From Dictyostelium discoideum (Eukaryota), in the NCBI GenBank assembly GCA_000004695.1, contig CM000153.2:2752001-2816000 (forward strand): a stretch of 64,000 nucleotides of DNA, written 5' to 3'. A model generated the notes under the pieces. That model worked only from the letters and a program-made list of their open reading frames with translations, was not told where the DNA came from and did not search any database. Positions 27,772 to 41,526 of the stretch are shown here, one piece after another. Numbering within the stretch: position 1 is the stretch's first letter; each line of letters opens with the position of its first letter. Both the position numbers and the translations under genes were made by a program.

Positions 27772-29617
27772 AAATGAAAAAGAAAAAAAAGAAAAAAAAG
27801 AAAAAAAAGATAATGATAGTAGCAGTGGTAATAGTGATAGTGAAAGTGATAGTAGTGAAAGCGAAAGAGAAAAAGAATTTAAAGAAACAATTGAATCAAT
27901 AACTAAAATTGAAAGAAATCAAAAGATATTTGATTTTGTTTATTATCAATATAATAGTGATAATAAAAATAAATTAAAATCAATTTTAAAATTATTAGGA
28001 TTGTTTTATGGCCATAGTTTTTTTGAAGGAAATGAATTTTATTCATTGTTAGCAGGTGAAAAAGTAAATATATCACGTAAAACAAAACATTCAGATTTAT
28101 TATTGCATTCATTTAGATTTGGTGATATAGAATTGTTTAAAGAAGTTTCAAGATCAACTATTTGTTCAACTATTCGAAATGTAATTTTTGAAGATAAATC
28201 ATTTGTTGGAAATATACCAATTCTCTTTCAATTTCAAAATAAAAAAGAAAATCAAATTCAATTCATTAAAGACATTTGCAAATATCTTAATATTGTAACA
28301 CTCCAAAAGATATATGGAGATAATCATATTTACATTTTCTTTGGGCAAGTTTTATTATATGATGATTTAGAATTGATAGAATTAGCATATAATCAATTAA
28401 ATAAACCAATGTTAAAAATTGAACATATGAATGAAATAGGAATCACTGAAATTTCAACCAATTTTGGTGGTAATCCAAGTTTTCATACTGAATTTCATTT
28501 TATTAGATCAGAAAAAGTATTGGAATTTGTTTTTAATAATTGTTTAAAAAATAATAGTAAAGTATTGCCAATTACAGCATTTATTTATAATTGTAGATTG
28601 GATTTAGTTGAAAAGTATAAATCATTATTATTATCAGTACCAGCAGCACCACCATCGCCATTGCTTAAAAGAGATATAGTTTTCAAAGTACCACTTCCAC
28701 CAATATTAAATACTTGCCAATTCAATTCAATGGGTTTAGTATTGAAAACATTTATAGATTTCCTTCAATCACCTCTATCAAAAGGTTGTGGTGATAGTAA
28801 AGGTGTTGTTTACAAAAGTTCTCATATAGTTAGCTATAAAGGCGTCAATTCAGTATTGGATTTTACCTATCTTTACTCTATAACTCTAGATAGAAATTCT
28901 GGCAATGGTATACCCTTTCTACCAGGCAGAGGCAGTCTAAATTATTATTTTGTAGTTGCAGTTCAAAGATGGTTATTCTACAACAGAAATGTTTTACCAA
29001 ATAGTTATAATTTCACACTATTCTCTGAAAAATATTGTTATTTTGGTATTGGTTATTCTCATGCTTCAAAAAAACCAAAAGAAATTTTCAATACTATTGA
29101 AGATACTGAATGTAAAGGTTTCATTAATGATTTTATTAAATTAGGTTTACCAAATTTTCATTCGGCTACAACTGAAACAACAACACCAACAACACCAACA
29201 ACAACACCAACAACAACAACACCAACAAAAAAAACAACCATAACTGGTAACAATCCAGATGTAATTTTAAATAATGGCGATAAAATTTGTTTTGCAAATT
29301 ATCTTAGAGGTTTATTGGAAAAAGAAGCAACAAAGGGTCATATTAGATTATTTAAAGCTTTGGTTGATAATGGTTATAAATCAATATTTTCAAAAAGATC
29401 AAATGATTCAAAAAGTATTTTCGATCAAATTCAATTACACGAAATACTCTATCGTGCTTTAAGAAATAACCATTTACAATTATCTCTTTATCTTTTAGAG
29501 GATTGTAATATTTCAATCACTAATACCCAATTTTATTCAAATGTTTCTAAAAGATTTGAATATTCTGCAACTTTTTATGCTTTAAAAGATTTATTTAAAA
29601 ATAATGAAATAATTTAA
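26336..29617 (+). CDS. Large lineage-specific hypothetical protein (1093 aa) with an N-terminal coiled-coil-like region, poly-T/poly-Q, and a (SE)n acidic repeat block; full-length member of the local tandem family
   Basis: Single uninterrupted ORF with Dictyostelium-typical codon usage. The internal GAAAGT/GAAAGC hexamer repeat (27650-27780) encodes about 38 SE dipeptides. Paralogous segments lie upstream (24930-26139) and downstream (29750-30450). Confidence 0.7.
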
Positions 29618-29749
29618 ATTTTAAAAAATAAATAATAAAATAAATAATAAAATAAATAATAAAATAAATAAATAAAATACTATAAATAAGATTTAAAAAG
29701 TGATCAATTTTTTTTTTTTTATTTAAATTACAATTTTTTTAAATGTTAA

Positions 29750-30450
29750 CATTATTTCTATTCTTAATGAATTGAACCTTGTTTACTCTATTCGTCTCAA
29801 ATTGAAATAATAATGGTATCACCAACTTTTGATTACTCTTCAAATTCTCTAAATAAAAACAACTTACAATTATAATCTAAGGCAGGTAGCAGCTCCCAAA
29901 TCTAAAGATTCATTTATAGATCAAAGTGAATTCTTTTATATTAAATCGATCAAAGTATTGGAGTTTATTTACTACAATTTCAAGATGGTCATTCTTTAAT
30001 AAACAACTTGACCAATTTCCAGATAATTATCATTGCCTTGGATTACTACCAACAAGAACATTAAAATTTCTAAATTTAAATTTAAATTTCAACACTATAA
30101 ATGGTTATGATGATTTCATTAATGATGTAATTAAAATTAAAATCAAAATAGACGAAAACAAAAATATAACCATTCAAAATACAAATACCGAGTTCATTAA
30201 ATGGTTTCATAATATTTTATTAGCTAAAATATATTTAGGAGATATTAGAATATTTAAATCAATTGTCGATAATGGATATAAATAATTATTCTCAAATGTA
30301 TCCACAAATAATTACCATCCGAATGGTATTTTCAATCAATTTCAAGTTCGTGAAATTTTACCGGATGCCTTAATGTATGACCACTTAGAGCTATCTTCAT
30401 ACCTTTTAAATTTTTTTGAAATATCAATTCCAACAGTGGGGTTGTCTTTG
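29750..30450 (+). pseudogene. Degenerate C-terminal fragment copy of the family gene (third tandem copy)
   Basis: ELNLVYSIRLKLK ~ VLDFTYLYSITLD. The track ORF 29926..30285 (..YWSLFTTISRWSFFNKQLDQFPDNYHCLGLL...[32 protein letters not shown]) aligns with NYYFVVAVQRWLFYNRNVLPNSYNFTLF...ICFANYLRGLLEKEATKGHIRLFKALVDNGYK of the full gene. Homology continues after the stop in other frames (..FQVREILPDALMYDHLELSSYLL ~ IQLHEILYRALRNNHLQLSLYLL). Confidence 0.45.
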
Positions 30451-30464
30451 ATTTTTTATTTTGG

Positions 30465-30499
<35 letters not shown>

Positions 30500-30522
30500 A
30501 ACAAAATTAAAAAGTGAAAATG

Positions 30523-30557
<35 letters not shown>

Positions 30558-30621
30558 ATTTTTATGAAATACTAAATTGTAAAATAACAACAAAAAGGTA
30601 ATATATATACACCTAATAATA

Positions 30622-31781
<1,160 letters not shown>

Positions 31782-32038
31782 AATAAATAAAATAAAAATA
31801 AATAAAAATAAAAATAAATAAATAATATTACAAAATAAAATAAAATATACATATTAAAATTGTAATTTATTTTAAATTTTGATAAAAATGAAACAACTAT
31901 TAAATTTTAATAGAGAAAATAATACAAAGTTTTTTTTTTTATTTTATCAAAAATATATATTTATATATATAAAGAAAAGATAATCGAAAATATATGATGA
32001 GGAAGAAAGGGAATATTTTTTATATATATATTTTTTTT

Positions 32039-33261
32039 TTAATTCATTCTTAAATAAGAACCTGGAGCAAAACCATAAATACCATTTAATTCACCTTCCC
32101 ACCATTCACCTTCTGATTTATGAATTGTAATGATATCACCAGCTCTAAATGATAATTCAGAACTATCAACACCAGTGAAATCATATAATGCTGTGGCAGT
32201 TGAACTGCCACCACCACCATATAAAGGTGGTGGAGCAGAAGCACCACCATATGGATTTGGTGTTGATTTTTGTAAATTTAAATTTGAAGGATTTGGTGAT
32301 TGATGGATATCTTTATCTACAGTTGAATATTGTTGTTGATCTTGTGCACCTGGTTTCATCTTTATTGACGCATTACTCTTAAATACTGGATCTGATCTTA
32401 AATTAATTGATGCTGCTGATCTTTCAACACTTGTAATTACTGGTTGATGATCTCTACCTGAATATTCATCAACATGTTTTGTAAGTGATGGTAATGGACT
32501 CCATTCATATGATACTTTTTTATGAAATTCTGATTGATATTTTATTAACTATTTTTTTAAATAACAATAAAAAAGAAAAAAAAGAAAATAATATGTTAAT
32601 AATAATTTTAAAAACAAATTAATAATAATTTTAAAAACAAACATACAGAAGCAACTAAATAATCTATAAAAATTAATTTATCTTCATTTAATCTTGGTAA
32701 ATCATTTAATAATTCTTCATGTAATGAATCATAACCTTCTTTACAAATTCTTAATTTCTCTTCAGTTGGAGCTAATTTTGCTTTTGAAGAGGAACCAGCA
32801 CCTTTTTCACGAAGTTTACCAACTTCATTTTTATAACGATCCATATCAACCTTACGAGTTGTTAATTCTTCAGTACGTTTACGAGCTTCTTTATATTGAG
32901 AGATATAGTCTGACAATGGTTTTGTGTATGGTTCTGCCATTTGTTCAGTGTAGTCCAATAAATGTTTATCATTGTTGGTTGCTACATCTCTAAGTTTACT
33001 ACCAGGTGTCCACATTGGATCTTGTGTATCATAGAGATCGCATGCATCTTGAGCAATGTCGGTTGTAATCTTATTCAAGTCTTTATATAACTCAATCAAT
33101 TTCTTTGAATTCTTTTGAATCTTTACTAAACGTTCCTCAGTTGAAAATGTTCTTTCCTTTTCATAATGATATTGTACATCAATTGTTTCTTCACTATGAC
33201 CTGTCTTTGTAAATAACATTTGACGAGTTCTTGCAAATTGTGTTGTAATTTTATTTGACAT
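32039..33261 (-). CDS. BAR domain + SH3 domain protein (amphiphysin/Rvs167-like), 2 exons: complement(join(32039..32548,32647..33261)), about 374 aa
   Basis: Exon 1 (track ORF to the donor TCT|GTATGT) has an N-BAR-like sequence: MSNKITTQFARTRQMLF...EERLVKIQKNSKKLIELYKDLNKITTDIAQDACDLY...YKEARKRTEEL..MDRYKNEVGKLREKG...RICKEGYDSLHEELLNDLPRLNEDKLIFIDYLVAS. Exon 2 starts after the AAAAATAG acceptor: LIKYQSEFHKKVSYEWSPLPSLTKHVDEYSG.. ..ALYDFTGVDSSELSFRAGDIITIHKSEGEWWEGELNGIYGFAPGSYLRMN*. This has the canonical SH3 fold motifs ALYDF, WW.GE and G.FP.NYV. Confidence 0.8.
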
Positions 33262-33436
33262 TTTTTTTTATTTTTTTTTTATTTTTTTTATTTTTTTTTT
33301 TTATTATACTCTTATTATTATTATTATTATTATTGTTATTATTATATTGTATTCTTATTATTATTATTATATTTTAGTAATACTTTAAATATTTGTACTT
33401 TAATGCTAGATATTCTCCAGAAAAATTTTTATTGTG

Positions 33437-33477
<41 letters not shown>

Positions 33478-33764
33478 AATTAAAAAAAAAAAAAAATTAA
33501 AATTAAAAAAAAAAAAAAAAAAAATTAAAAAAAAATAAAATTAAAAAAAAAAAGCAATAAAACGTGGAATGTTTTTTAATATTAAAAAATTTATCACGAT
33601 TGCGGGTGTCAAAAAAAAAGATGCGCATGCGACCCTTATAAACTTCCTTTGCAGTTTTTTATTTTCACTTAATTATTTTTTTTTTTTTTCAACAAGGTTT
33701 ATTATTATTATTTTTTTTTTTTTTTTCAACAAGGTTTATTATTATTATTTTTTTTTTTTTTATG

Positions 33765-33798
<34 letters not shown>

Positions 33799-33814
33799 TT
33801 TTTTTTCTCTGCAA

Positions 33815-33851
<37 letters not shown>

Positions 33852-34059
33852 CCCAAAATCCCTTTTCTTTTTAATTTTTATCTTTTTCTGATTAAATACT
33901 ATCAACTTAATTTATTTATAAAAAATAAATAAATAAAAAAAAAAAAAAGAATTAATTTTATAATATATTATTAAAATAACAATTCTTTTATTTTATTAAA
34001 ATTTAATAAAGTAATCAAAGTTTGATAGAATTGATTAAAATATATATATATATATATTT

Positions 34060-34976
34060 TTAAAGTAATTTTTCAAAATCAAGATAACTGTTATCACCAG
34101 TATTACAAATTGATTTGAATGATACAACTAAATCACCACCAACAAATTTCCAAACCCAATAATCAGATTGTTTTGAATCAAATTTGAATACGATTTTAGC
34201 ATTTGGAGCGATTTCTTGTAATGCTTCAAGTACCATTGCATCAGCACTTCTTGTTGCAAGATTGTAACAAATGTTTGTAACTATTTCACTGAAAATGTCA
34301 CCAATTCTTTCTTGATAAGTTGGTTCAATATTTGGATAAACAGTTTCCAATGAACTTTCATCATATGACCAATCCATTTTAGTAACTTCTTTAGCTTTTT
34401 CTAAAGCTTCAGTGAACTTTTCAGCATTCTCTTTGAGATTAATACGAGCTGGTAATGAGAAAACACCTGGTGATGGAATTACACTTGCAAGTTTAAAATA
34501 TTTAACATCGGAAATGTTTGCAATACTTGGTCTAAAGTGAACTCTTAAATCACCATTAACAAATTCGTATGCCCAATATTGAGTGAATTTTTTATCTTCA
34601 TTTGGTGCAACAATAATCTTTTGATTGGTGTTGGCTTCTAATAAAGCTTCTTTAATCATTTCATCTTTGGTTTGTTCTGCAATACATTCGGCAACACTGG
34701 TGGCAACTTCTTTATAGAAACATTCACCTAATGATTCTTGAACGTATGTATCTTTACATTTTGATGTAATAAGATCAAAATCAAATTCAAAAGTCCAATC
34801 AACTCCTAATGCTGATTTAATTGTTTCATGAGCATTTTTTAAGTGTTCTTCATTATCTCTTAATGATTTTCTTTGACCTGGAAAAAAACAAATATAAAAA
34901 TATTAATATTTTTATTTTTTTATTAATATTATTATTTTTTTTTTTTTTTTTAATATTTACTTAATGGGAGAGGCAT
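34060..34976 (-). CDS. Hypothetical cytosolic protein (~277 aa) built from two tandem ~125-aa repeats, 2 exons: complement(join(34060..34877,34961..34976))
   Basis: The tiny exon 1 ATGCCTCTCCCATTAA (MPLPL) ends at donor A|GTAAAT in phase 1. After the TTTTTTCCAG acceptor, exon 2 reads SQRKSLRDNEEHLKNAHETIKSALGVDWTFEFDFDLITSKCKDTYVQESLGECFYKEVATSVAECIAEQTKDEMIKEALLE... The repeat EKAKEVTKMDWSYDESSLETVYPNIEPTYQERIGDIFSEIVTNICYNLATRSADAMVLEALQEI duplicates the first half in order (W..D/E.....K..Y.....G..F..V........A....V.EAL). The track ORF is truncated at an internal Met, but the frame is open upstream. Confidence 0.6.
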
Positions 34977-36153
34977 TTTATTTATTTAGTTTTTTTTTTT
35001 TGATTAAAATTTAAATGTTTATTAAAAAGTTGATTTTTAGTTAATGAAAAAAAAAAAAAAATTTCTTTGTTTAAATACTTTTGAAATTTTAAAATTTTAA
35101 TTAAAATTATAAAATTAAAAAATTGTACAAAAATGCACCATCGTTATTTTACCAATTTCATATCAGAAATAAAATAGAATGATTTTTTTTTAAGATAGTT
35201 AATCGATGAAAGGTTCAATCATTAAAAAAAAAAAAAAAAAAAAAAATCAATAAATATCTAAAAATCAAATTTATTTAGTTAATAATTTTGATAGATTCAG
35301 CGAAATTTTTTTCAATAAATGAACAAATTTTTTTTTTTTTAGTTAGTTTTTTTTTTTTTTTTTTTTATTTTTTTTTTTTTTTTGTTGAAAAAGGAACCTT
35401 AAGGGTTTTATTATTAATGTTACTATTAATATAATAATTTTTTTATTACTTTAAATAGTTTTGAATTGATATATTAATTTTTAAAAATAGTCATTAGTTG
35501 TATTAATTTTTAAAATAATCATTAAGTGCACTAATTTTATTAATTTTATGGTTTGATATCCTTGGTTTAATACAAAACCTTAACTCAAAAATAGTTTAAT
35601 TCATTTTTTTAAAAAGTTTATTGTAAAAACCATTCAAATTTGAACACTTTTTGTAATTTCAAATATTTTTATATTCAAAATTTGAAAATTATACACTTTT
35701 TGTAAGTGCTAAAACTTGAATGGTTTTTACAATAATATTTTATTTTGAAAATTAAAGGGGACTTTGGTAGGAATAATAATAGTTTTTTTTTTTTTTTTTA
35801 TTTTTTTATTTATTTTTTTTAAGGTAATTTTAAATTAAATTTGGACGCTGCACAAAAATGTTCATTGCAAAAAGATTATATGTATAACCAAAAAAAAAAA
35901 AACATCTGAGACTTTTCTCTTTTTTTTTTTTCAAAAAAAAAAATTCACACTCCTATCTTTAAAAAAAAAAAAAAAAAAATCAAAAACAGTATCTATGCAA
36001 ATTATTAATGATGGCGATGTGTCATTGATATTTAAGAAGCCAGTAAATTTAATTTTGGTAAATTTTTTAAAATATTTTTGGGGAAAGATATTGCTAATTA
36101 AATTTTTTTTTTTTTTTTTTTGATATTATATTTTTTTTTTTTTTATTTTTTTA

Positions 36154-36257
<104 letters not shown>

Positions 36258-36465
36258 TTATAAACAAACAAATAATAATTGAATTTTTTTAAATTTGAAA
36301 TTAAAATATCTTCTTAAGATTTTTTTTTTTTTTTTTTTTCTTTGATTTTTTTTTGATTTGAAAGTCAATCTGTTTTTTTTTTCATTTTATTTTTTTTATT
36401 TTTTTTATTTTTTTTATTTTTTTTATTTTAAAAATAATAACACCAAACCCAATATATACATAAAA

Positions 36466-36686
36466 ATGGATAATTTAAAGGAAATAAATAATGATAAATT
36501 ATTTTTTAAAGTTTTTAGAAATATTTATTTAAAAATGGTTATATTTTATCATATTAAATTATTAAATTATTATGAAATTAAAGATAATTATACATTTACA
36601 ATAGAACAATTTCAATCATTTAAATTTAAAGATCATTTATTAAAGTTAAGATTAATAGAACCAATACAAAAATTAGCAGCAGCAGC

Positions 36687-36724
<38 letters not shown>

Positions 36725-38220
36725 ATAATTATTATACAAAAGGTGAACTTTCAAAATTAATACCAAATTCAGTTAAAAGTTTATCAATAGATATTAATAA
36801 TCAATTAGTAGTTGGTGATATAAAAGATGGTTTAACAAGTTTAAAATTTGGTAAAAGATTTGATCAAATATTAACACCAGGATTATTAGTAACGGATGGT
36901 TCATCATTGGTTGAGTTTAATTCAGGTAGTGCATTTAGGAATGGTGATTTAGATTTACAAGTTGGGTCAATACCTTCATCTATTAAATCATTAACATTAG
37001 GTCACAGTTTTAATTCAGTTATTAATGAAAATGTTTTACCAGAAGGATTGGTAAAATTAAGATTTAAAGGATTTAATAAAATGATTGTAAGGAATTCTTT
37101 ACCAAATTCATTATTGGAATTGGAATTTGGTAGAAATTTCAATAGAGCTATAAGTGCGCATGGAACATTACCAAAATCATTGACATCGCTAACGTTGGGT
37201 ATCCACTTTACCCATGTTATCCATATTGGTACTTTACCACCAACACTAAAGAAACTAATTATTCAATCGGTTGGATATAATCAAAAATTTGAAAAAAAGG
37301 CATTACCAGATTCATTGGAGCATTTGGAGTTCAATAAAAATGGGTTCTTTAATCAACCAATTGCTGATAAATTTTTACCACCAAATTTGAAGACTTTGAT
37401 TCTTCCAAAACAATGGTCAAATAATTATGAACCAATTCTAGCACTCCAATTACCAATCAATTTAACTGATTTACAATTTTACTCGAATGAATGTTCTTTA
37501 TTTTTACAAAATGATTCAATACCATCAACAGTTTTAAATTTGAGGATTAATGGTATACTTGGTAATCATTATAGTTTTACAAGGGGTGCTAAAAGGTTAC
37601 AAGGAAATATTATACCTCCATCTATTACCTCTATTGAAACTGGTACGGTTATTAATCTTTCACATTGTATAAATTTAAAGAATTTCAAATTTGATGAAAG
37701 TTTTGATCAGAGGTCTCTATCAAAAGGTTATATACCATCAACTATAACAAATTTAAAACTTCCACCATTATGGAATAGAGAATTGGTATGTGCTAATGGT
37801 TTTGATTTATTTCCAAATTGTTTAAAATTTTTAGATTTAGCATCTTATAATTATCCAATTGGTGAAAATGTTTTACCACCAAATTTAGAATCATTAATAA
37901 TTAATAGTTGGAATTTACCAATTGAAAAAAATACATTACCTCAATCTATAACTTATTTATCAATGAAATCATTCAATCAAAGATTAACTCCATCATCTTT
38001 ACCAAAAAATTTAAAAACTTTAATTCTTCATAAATATAATGTATTATTAGTACCAAATTGTTTCCCACAATCAATTAGACTTATAAAACTTGGTTCAATC
38101 TTTGAAAGAAACAATATCCTATATCCATTCAATAATAATGTTACAATTATATTTGGTAAAAATGATATTAATTTTCCAATTTATCCAAAATTTGAAAATA
38201 AATTACGTTGTAGTGCATAA
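36466..38220 (+). CDS. FNIP-repeat-containing protein (Dictyostelium-expanded FNIP repeat family), about 584 aa
   Basis: Tandem ~22-aa repeats with the FN(I/L)P signature occur throughout: ..LKFGKRFDQILTPGLLVTDGSSLVEFNSGSAFRNGDLDLQVGSIPSSIKSLTLGHSFNSVINENVLPEGLVKLRFKGFNKMIVRNSLPNSLLELEFGRNFNRAISAHGTLPKSLTSLTLGIHFTHVIHIGTLPPTLKKLII... The likely start is the ATG at 36466 (MDNLKEINNDKLFFKV..). The track ORF start at 36358 lies in a poly-T/poly-F leader and is probably spurious. Confidence 0.8.
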
Positions 38221-38282
38221 ATAAATAAAATAAATAAAAAAAAAAAATTATTTTATTTTTTATACTAATTAGTATTTTATTA

Positions 38283-39622
38283 TCATTTTAATGGTTCTGG
38301 ATTATTAAAATGTGTTTGAAATCTATTAATTAATAAATTATTTGATTTTAATATTCTTGATATAAATGAACCAAAATTTAAATTTGAATTAATTTGAGTT
38401 AAACCATCTTTTGGACCTAGTGATAGACTAATGATTGGTGGTAATAATTTATGTTTTGCAAGTTGGTTTTTATTTTTACCATTTGATAAATCTTTTATAA
38501 CTTTAGCTACTATATTCCCATGTGAAAGTGCATTGTATGTGGTTTTAAGTTCATCAAAATCTGTAATATCACCAATTGCAAATATATTATCGTATCCTTG
38601 AACTTGACAACTTTGATTAACTTTAATTTGACCAATTTCATTAATTTCATTTGAAAAATTAGTTTTATAAGATTCACTATTTAATTTAATACCAATTGTC
38701 CAAATTACAAAATCAGATTCAATTGATAACCCATTTTTAGTTTTATATGTTTTTAATGAAACTTGAAAATTTGGTGATGTTTGATTAATAAAACATTGTT
38801 TTATATCATCTGGAATTTCAATTCTATCATTTAATATAACTGAAACGTTTCTTTTTTTCATAGATTCATTAATTAAATTATTGAATTTATTATTTGTTTT
38901 GGATGATACTAATTTATTACCACTATGAACAATCGTAATTTTCTTTGCCAATTCTTTGTTTTTAATTGGATATTTATTAATAATTTCTCCAACAACTTCA
39001 CAACCTACTGAACCACCCCCAACTATTAATATACTTTTAGCTTGTTTAATTTGTTCTGATATGTCTTTATAGTAATTAAAAATTTCAGTACCTGATATTT
39101 TTTCTAATGGTGCTTTAAAAGGTGCCAATGAATTTGAACCAGTTGCAATTACTAAATAATCAAATGTTAATTCTTTACCATCTTCTAATTTTACAAGAGT
39201 TGGTGAAATTTCAATAACTGTACCATAAATAAATTTACCATTTTTCAATAGTTTATCATATGGTATATATATTTTTTTTGCCAATTCTGGTTCAACTATT
39301 GCTCTTATTGATGCAATACTATTAAAAAATGTTTGTTTTCTTTCAACAACAGTTACTTCAAAATTTGAATCTAATAATTTTGCAACTTGGCTACCTCCAA
39401 AACCACACCCAATTATTAAAACTCTTTTCTTTTCACAATCTCTTGTAATACTACTAAAATAATTAAAAATCTCTATTAATTTAATTAAAATAATATAAAA
39501 AAAAAAAAATTAATTATCTATTTTTTTTTTTTTTTTTTTTTTTTTTATTAATTAAAACAAATTAAATAATTTAAATATATTTTACTTTTTAAAGATTCTG
39601 AAATATTATAAAGGTAATTCAT
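38283..39622 (-). CDS. AIF/AMID (FSP1)-like FAD/NAD(P)-dependent oxidoreductase, paralog A, 2 exons: complement(join(38283..39472,39586..39622)), about 408 aa
   Basis: Exon 1 is ATGAATTACCTTTATAATATTTCAGAATCTTTAAAAA (MNYLYNISESLK), ending at donor A|GTAAAA in phase 1. Acceptor AATTAATAG joins exon 2: KIFNYFSSITRDCEKKRVLIIGCGFGGSQVAKLLDSNFEVTVVERKQTFFNSIASIRAIVEPELAKKIYIPYDKLLKNGKFIYGTVIEISPTLVKLEDGKELTFDYLVIATGS...ILIVGGGSVGCEVVGEI...FAIGDITD.... This contains two GxGxxG Rossmann motifs and is roughly 65% identical to the downstream paralog 42340..43503. The track ORF begins at an internal TTG. An in-frame upstream stop at 39510-39512 forces the intron model. Confidence 0.7.
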
Positions 39623-40018
39623 TTTTTAATAAAAATGAATTATATAAAATAAATTTATATAAACTATTTAGGATTATGATGTGTTGGAATAAAGATTAAG
39701 ATTAAGATTGATATTTTTTTTTTTTTTTTTTTTTTTTATAAATGGCATTTAAACATTTTAACAAGCAAGAATTACGAAATTAAATTAAAAATAATTTTTT
39801 TTTTTTTTTCATTATACCAAAGGGTGTTGCCAAATCAGAATTATGAAACCAAAAAAAAAAAAAAAATCTTAAAAAATTGTAAAAAAATGCATTCCATTTT
39901 AGAAGAGAAGAATAGAATTTTCTATTTGATTTTTTTTTTCCTTTTATTGATAATGGATTATTGTTTTTAATAATTATCTTATGAAAGATTGATTCTTAAA
40001 AAAGTTTTTTTTTTTTTT

Positions 40019-40146
40019 TATTCACCTGTTAAAACAATTTAATTTTACACAAAAAAAAAAAAAACTGGGCTAACTTTTTAATTTTTTTTTTTTTTTTTTT
40101 TATTCACCTGTTAAAACAATTTAATTTTACACAAAAAAAAAAAATA
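40019..40146. repeat. 47-nt direct duplication ttattcacctgttaaaacaatttaattttacacaaaaaaaaaaa (40019-40065 and 40099-40145)
   Basis: Two near-identical copies separated by about 35 nt, immediately upstream (in plus orientation) of the ncRNA cluster. Confidence 0.6.
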
Positions 40147-40175
40147 TTTCCTTTGGGCTTGTTCCATAAAATCAA

Positions 40176-40239
40176 AAGGACAGTTGACGAAGTTTTTCTT
40201 TGAATGTAAGGAAATGTTAGATTTGCTGTAAGGTCAACT
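40176..40239 (-). ncRNA. Class I RNA gene (Dictyostelium Class I ncRNA, about 64 nt)
   Basis: The minus-strand transcript is AAGUUGACCUUACAGCAAAUCUAACAUUUCCUUACAUUCAAAGAAAAACUUCGUCAACUGUCCUUUU. The 5' GUUGAC pairs with the 3' GUCAAC, and the conserved 11-nt Class I motif CCUUACAGCAA follows the 5' stem strand directly. A short T-run lies at the 3' end. A DUSE-like ACCCAAAA sits about 90 nt upstream (plus 40327-40334, reverse-complemented). Confidence 0.65.
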
Positions 40240-40434
40240 TATAATGTGATTACTTTTATATTTTTCACATTTTAGTTTTAATAACAAAAAATATAAAATT
40301 GAAAACATAAAAATAAAAAATAGGATTTTGGGTTCCACTTTGTTCTCATTAAATAAAAAATTTGTTTCTTTTTTTTTTTTTTTCAATTTTTTTTTTAAAT
40401 TTTTTTTTTAAAATTTTTTCATTTTTTCCCGAAA

Positions 40435-40442
40435 ACCCATAA
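40435..40442 (+). promoter_or_regulatory. DUSE (ACCCATAA) about 60 nt upstream of the 40497 ncRNA gene
   Basis: Exact match to [AT]CCCA[CT]AA at the canonical distance. Confidence 0.5.
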
Positions 40443-40496
40443 AAAGTTTTTATCAACCAAAAACTCCATTTTTAATTGAAATTCTAACATATGTTT

Positions 40497-40755
40497 AATG
40501 GGCATATCAGGACATCGAGTTTAACACCTATTCAGACTCCAGAATACAAATTAATTTGAGCGGCAACGTTCTTATCAATCTGCAATACTCATATCATCTT
40601 AGAGGAATGATTGAAAAATCATAATTCTGATGGAGTACAAAAAATGCTGAGAAGTAACAGCATTAAAATAAACATTTAGACTATAGTTGTGAGTCTTAAA
40701 TTCCAACCAGTCAGTAGTGGCTAAAAATCTACAAAACATAAACTCGATCTGATAA
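40497..40755 (+). ncRNA. Unidentified ~260-nt non-coding RNA gene (GC-normal, DUSE-like upstream element, T-run terminator); box C/D-like motifs, possibly a U3-like snoRNA
   Basis: There is no ORF. A DUSE-like element lies at about -60. Transcription would end at the T-run TTTTTTATTTTTTTT (40756-40771). It contains UGAUGG and GCUGAGAAG motifs and a terminal CUGA about 10 nt from the 3' end. Its first ~110 nt recur as an inverted copy at 41221-41332. Confidence 0.45.
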
Positions 40756-41149
40756 CTGAAATGTCTTTTTTATTTTTTTTTTATTTTTTTTTTTTAATAA
40801 TGATTACAGTAATGATGTGACAACATCCCTATTTATAAAAACAAAAACAGTATTATATACAACAGATCACCTGTCCTCCCAATAAAAGAAGTTTAAAAAA
40901 AAAAAAAAAAATTATTATAACTATAAACAACATTCGATAGAATATAAAATAATAGTAAATTTGGGTATAAATAACAATAATAATAAATAATATTTACATC
41001 AAATTTAATATTTATTTATTAATTATTAATTAATGTTTATTTTAATATTTAAGCTATTAAAAAAAAAAATAAAAAAATAAAAGAAAAAAAATTATTTAAT
41101 TATTATTTTTTTTTTAAACACTGATTAATCAATGGATATGTGAATAATA

Positions 41150-41332
41150 AAAATAAAATAAATTTGTCAAATGAGATTATGTTCGGAGCACTGAATCTGG
41201 AATACAGTAAAGTTTGCACCTAATTCCTCTGACGATAGAGGAGTGCAGATTGATAAGAATGTTGCTCAAATTAATTTGTATTCTGGAGTCTGAATAGGTG
41301 TTAAACTCGATGTCTTGATATGCCCATTTTAA
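41150..41332 (-). ncRNA. Inverted partial paralog (pseudogene?) of the 40497 ncRNA gene; the first ~110 nt are about 95% identical, then diverge
   Basis: The reverse complement of 41221-41332 aligns with 40497-40607 (atgggcatatca[g/a]gacatcgagtttaacacctattcagactccagaatacaaattaatttgagc...ttatcaatctgca). There is no DUSE at -60. A T-rich stretch lies at the minus-strand 3' side. Confidence 0.4.
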
Positions 41333-41526
41333 GTATATTTAAAATTAATTTGTTAGTTATCTTATAATTTGATTAACTTTTTATGTGTGTTTAAAAAAAA
41401 AAAAAAAAAGAAGAGAATAAAAAAAAGTTAAATTTTGTTTAACAATCAATCCCAAAAATTATTTTTTGGTTTTTAAATTCTGAAAAAAAACAAATTTTAA
41501 TTTTATTTTAAAATGTGAAAACAATT

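Noticed and set aside
36358-36465. 5' extension of the FNIP gene ORF (MKVNLFFFSFYFFYFF...)
   Set aside because: This is a poly-T leader translated as poly-F. The first credible start is the ATG at 36466 (MDNLKEINN...), which has an A-rich Kozak-like context.
39472-39512. Alternative acceptor (TTTTAG at 39454) for exon 2 of AIF-like paralog A
   Set aside because: It would require the upstream exon to end in phase 2. The only available ATG exon (39586..39622) ends in phase 1, which matches the AATTAATAG acceptor at 39473 instead.
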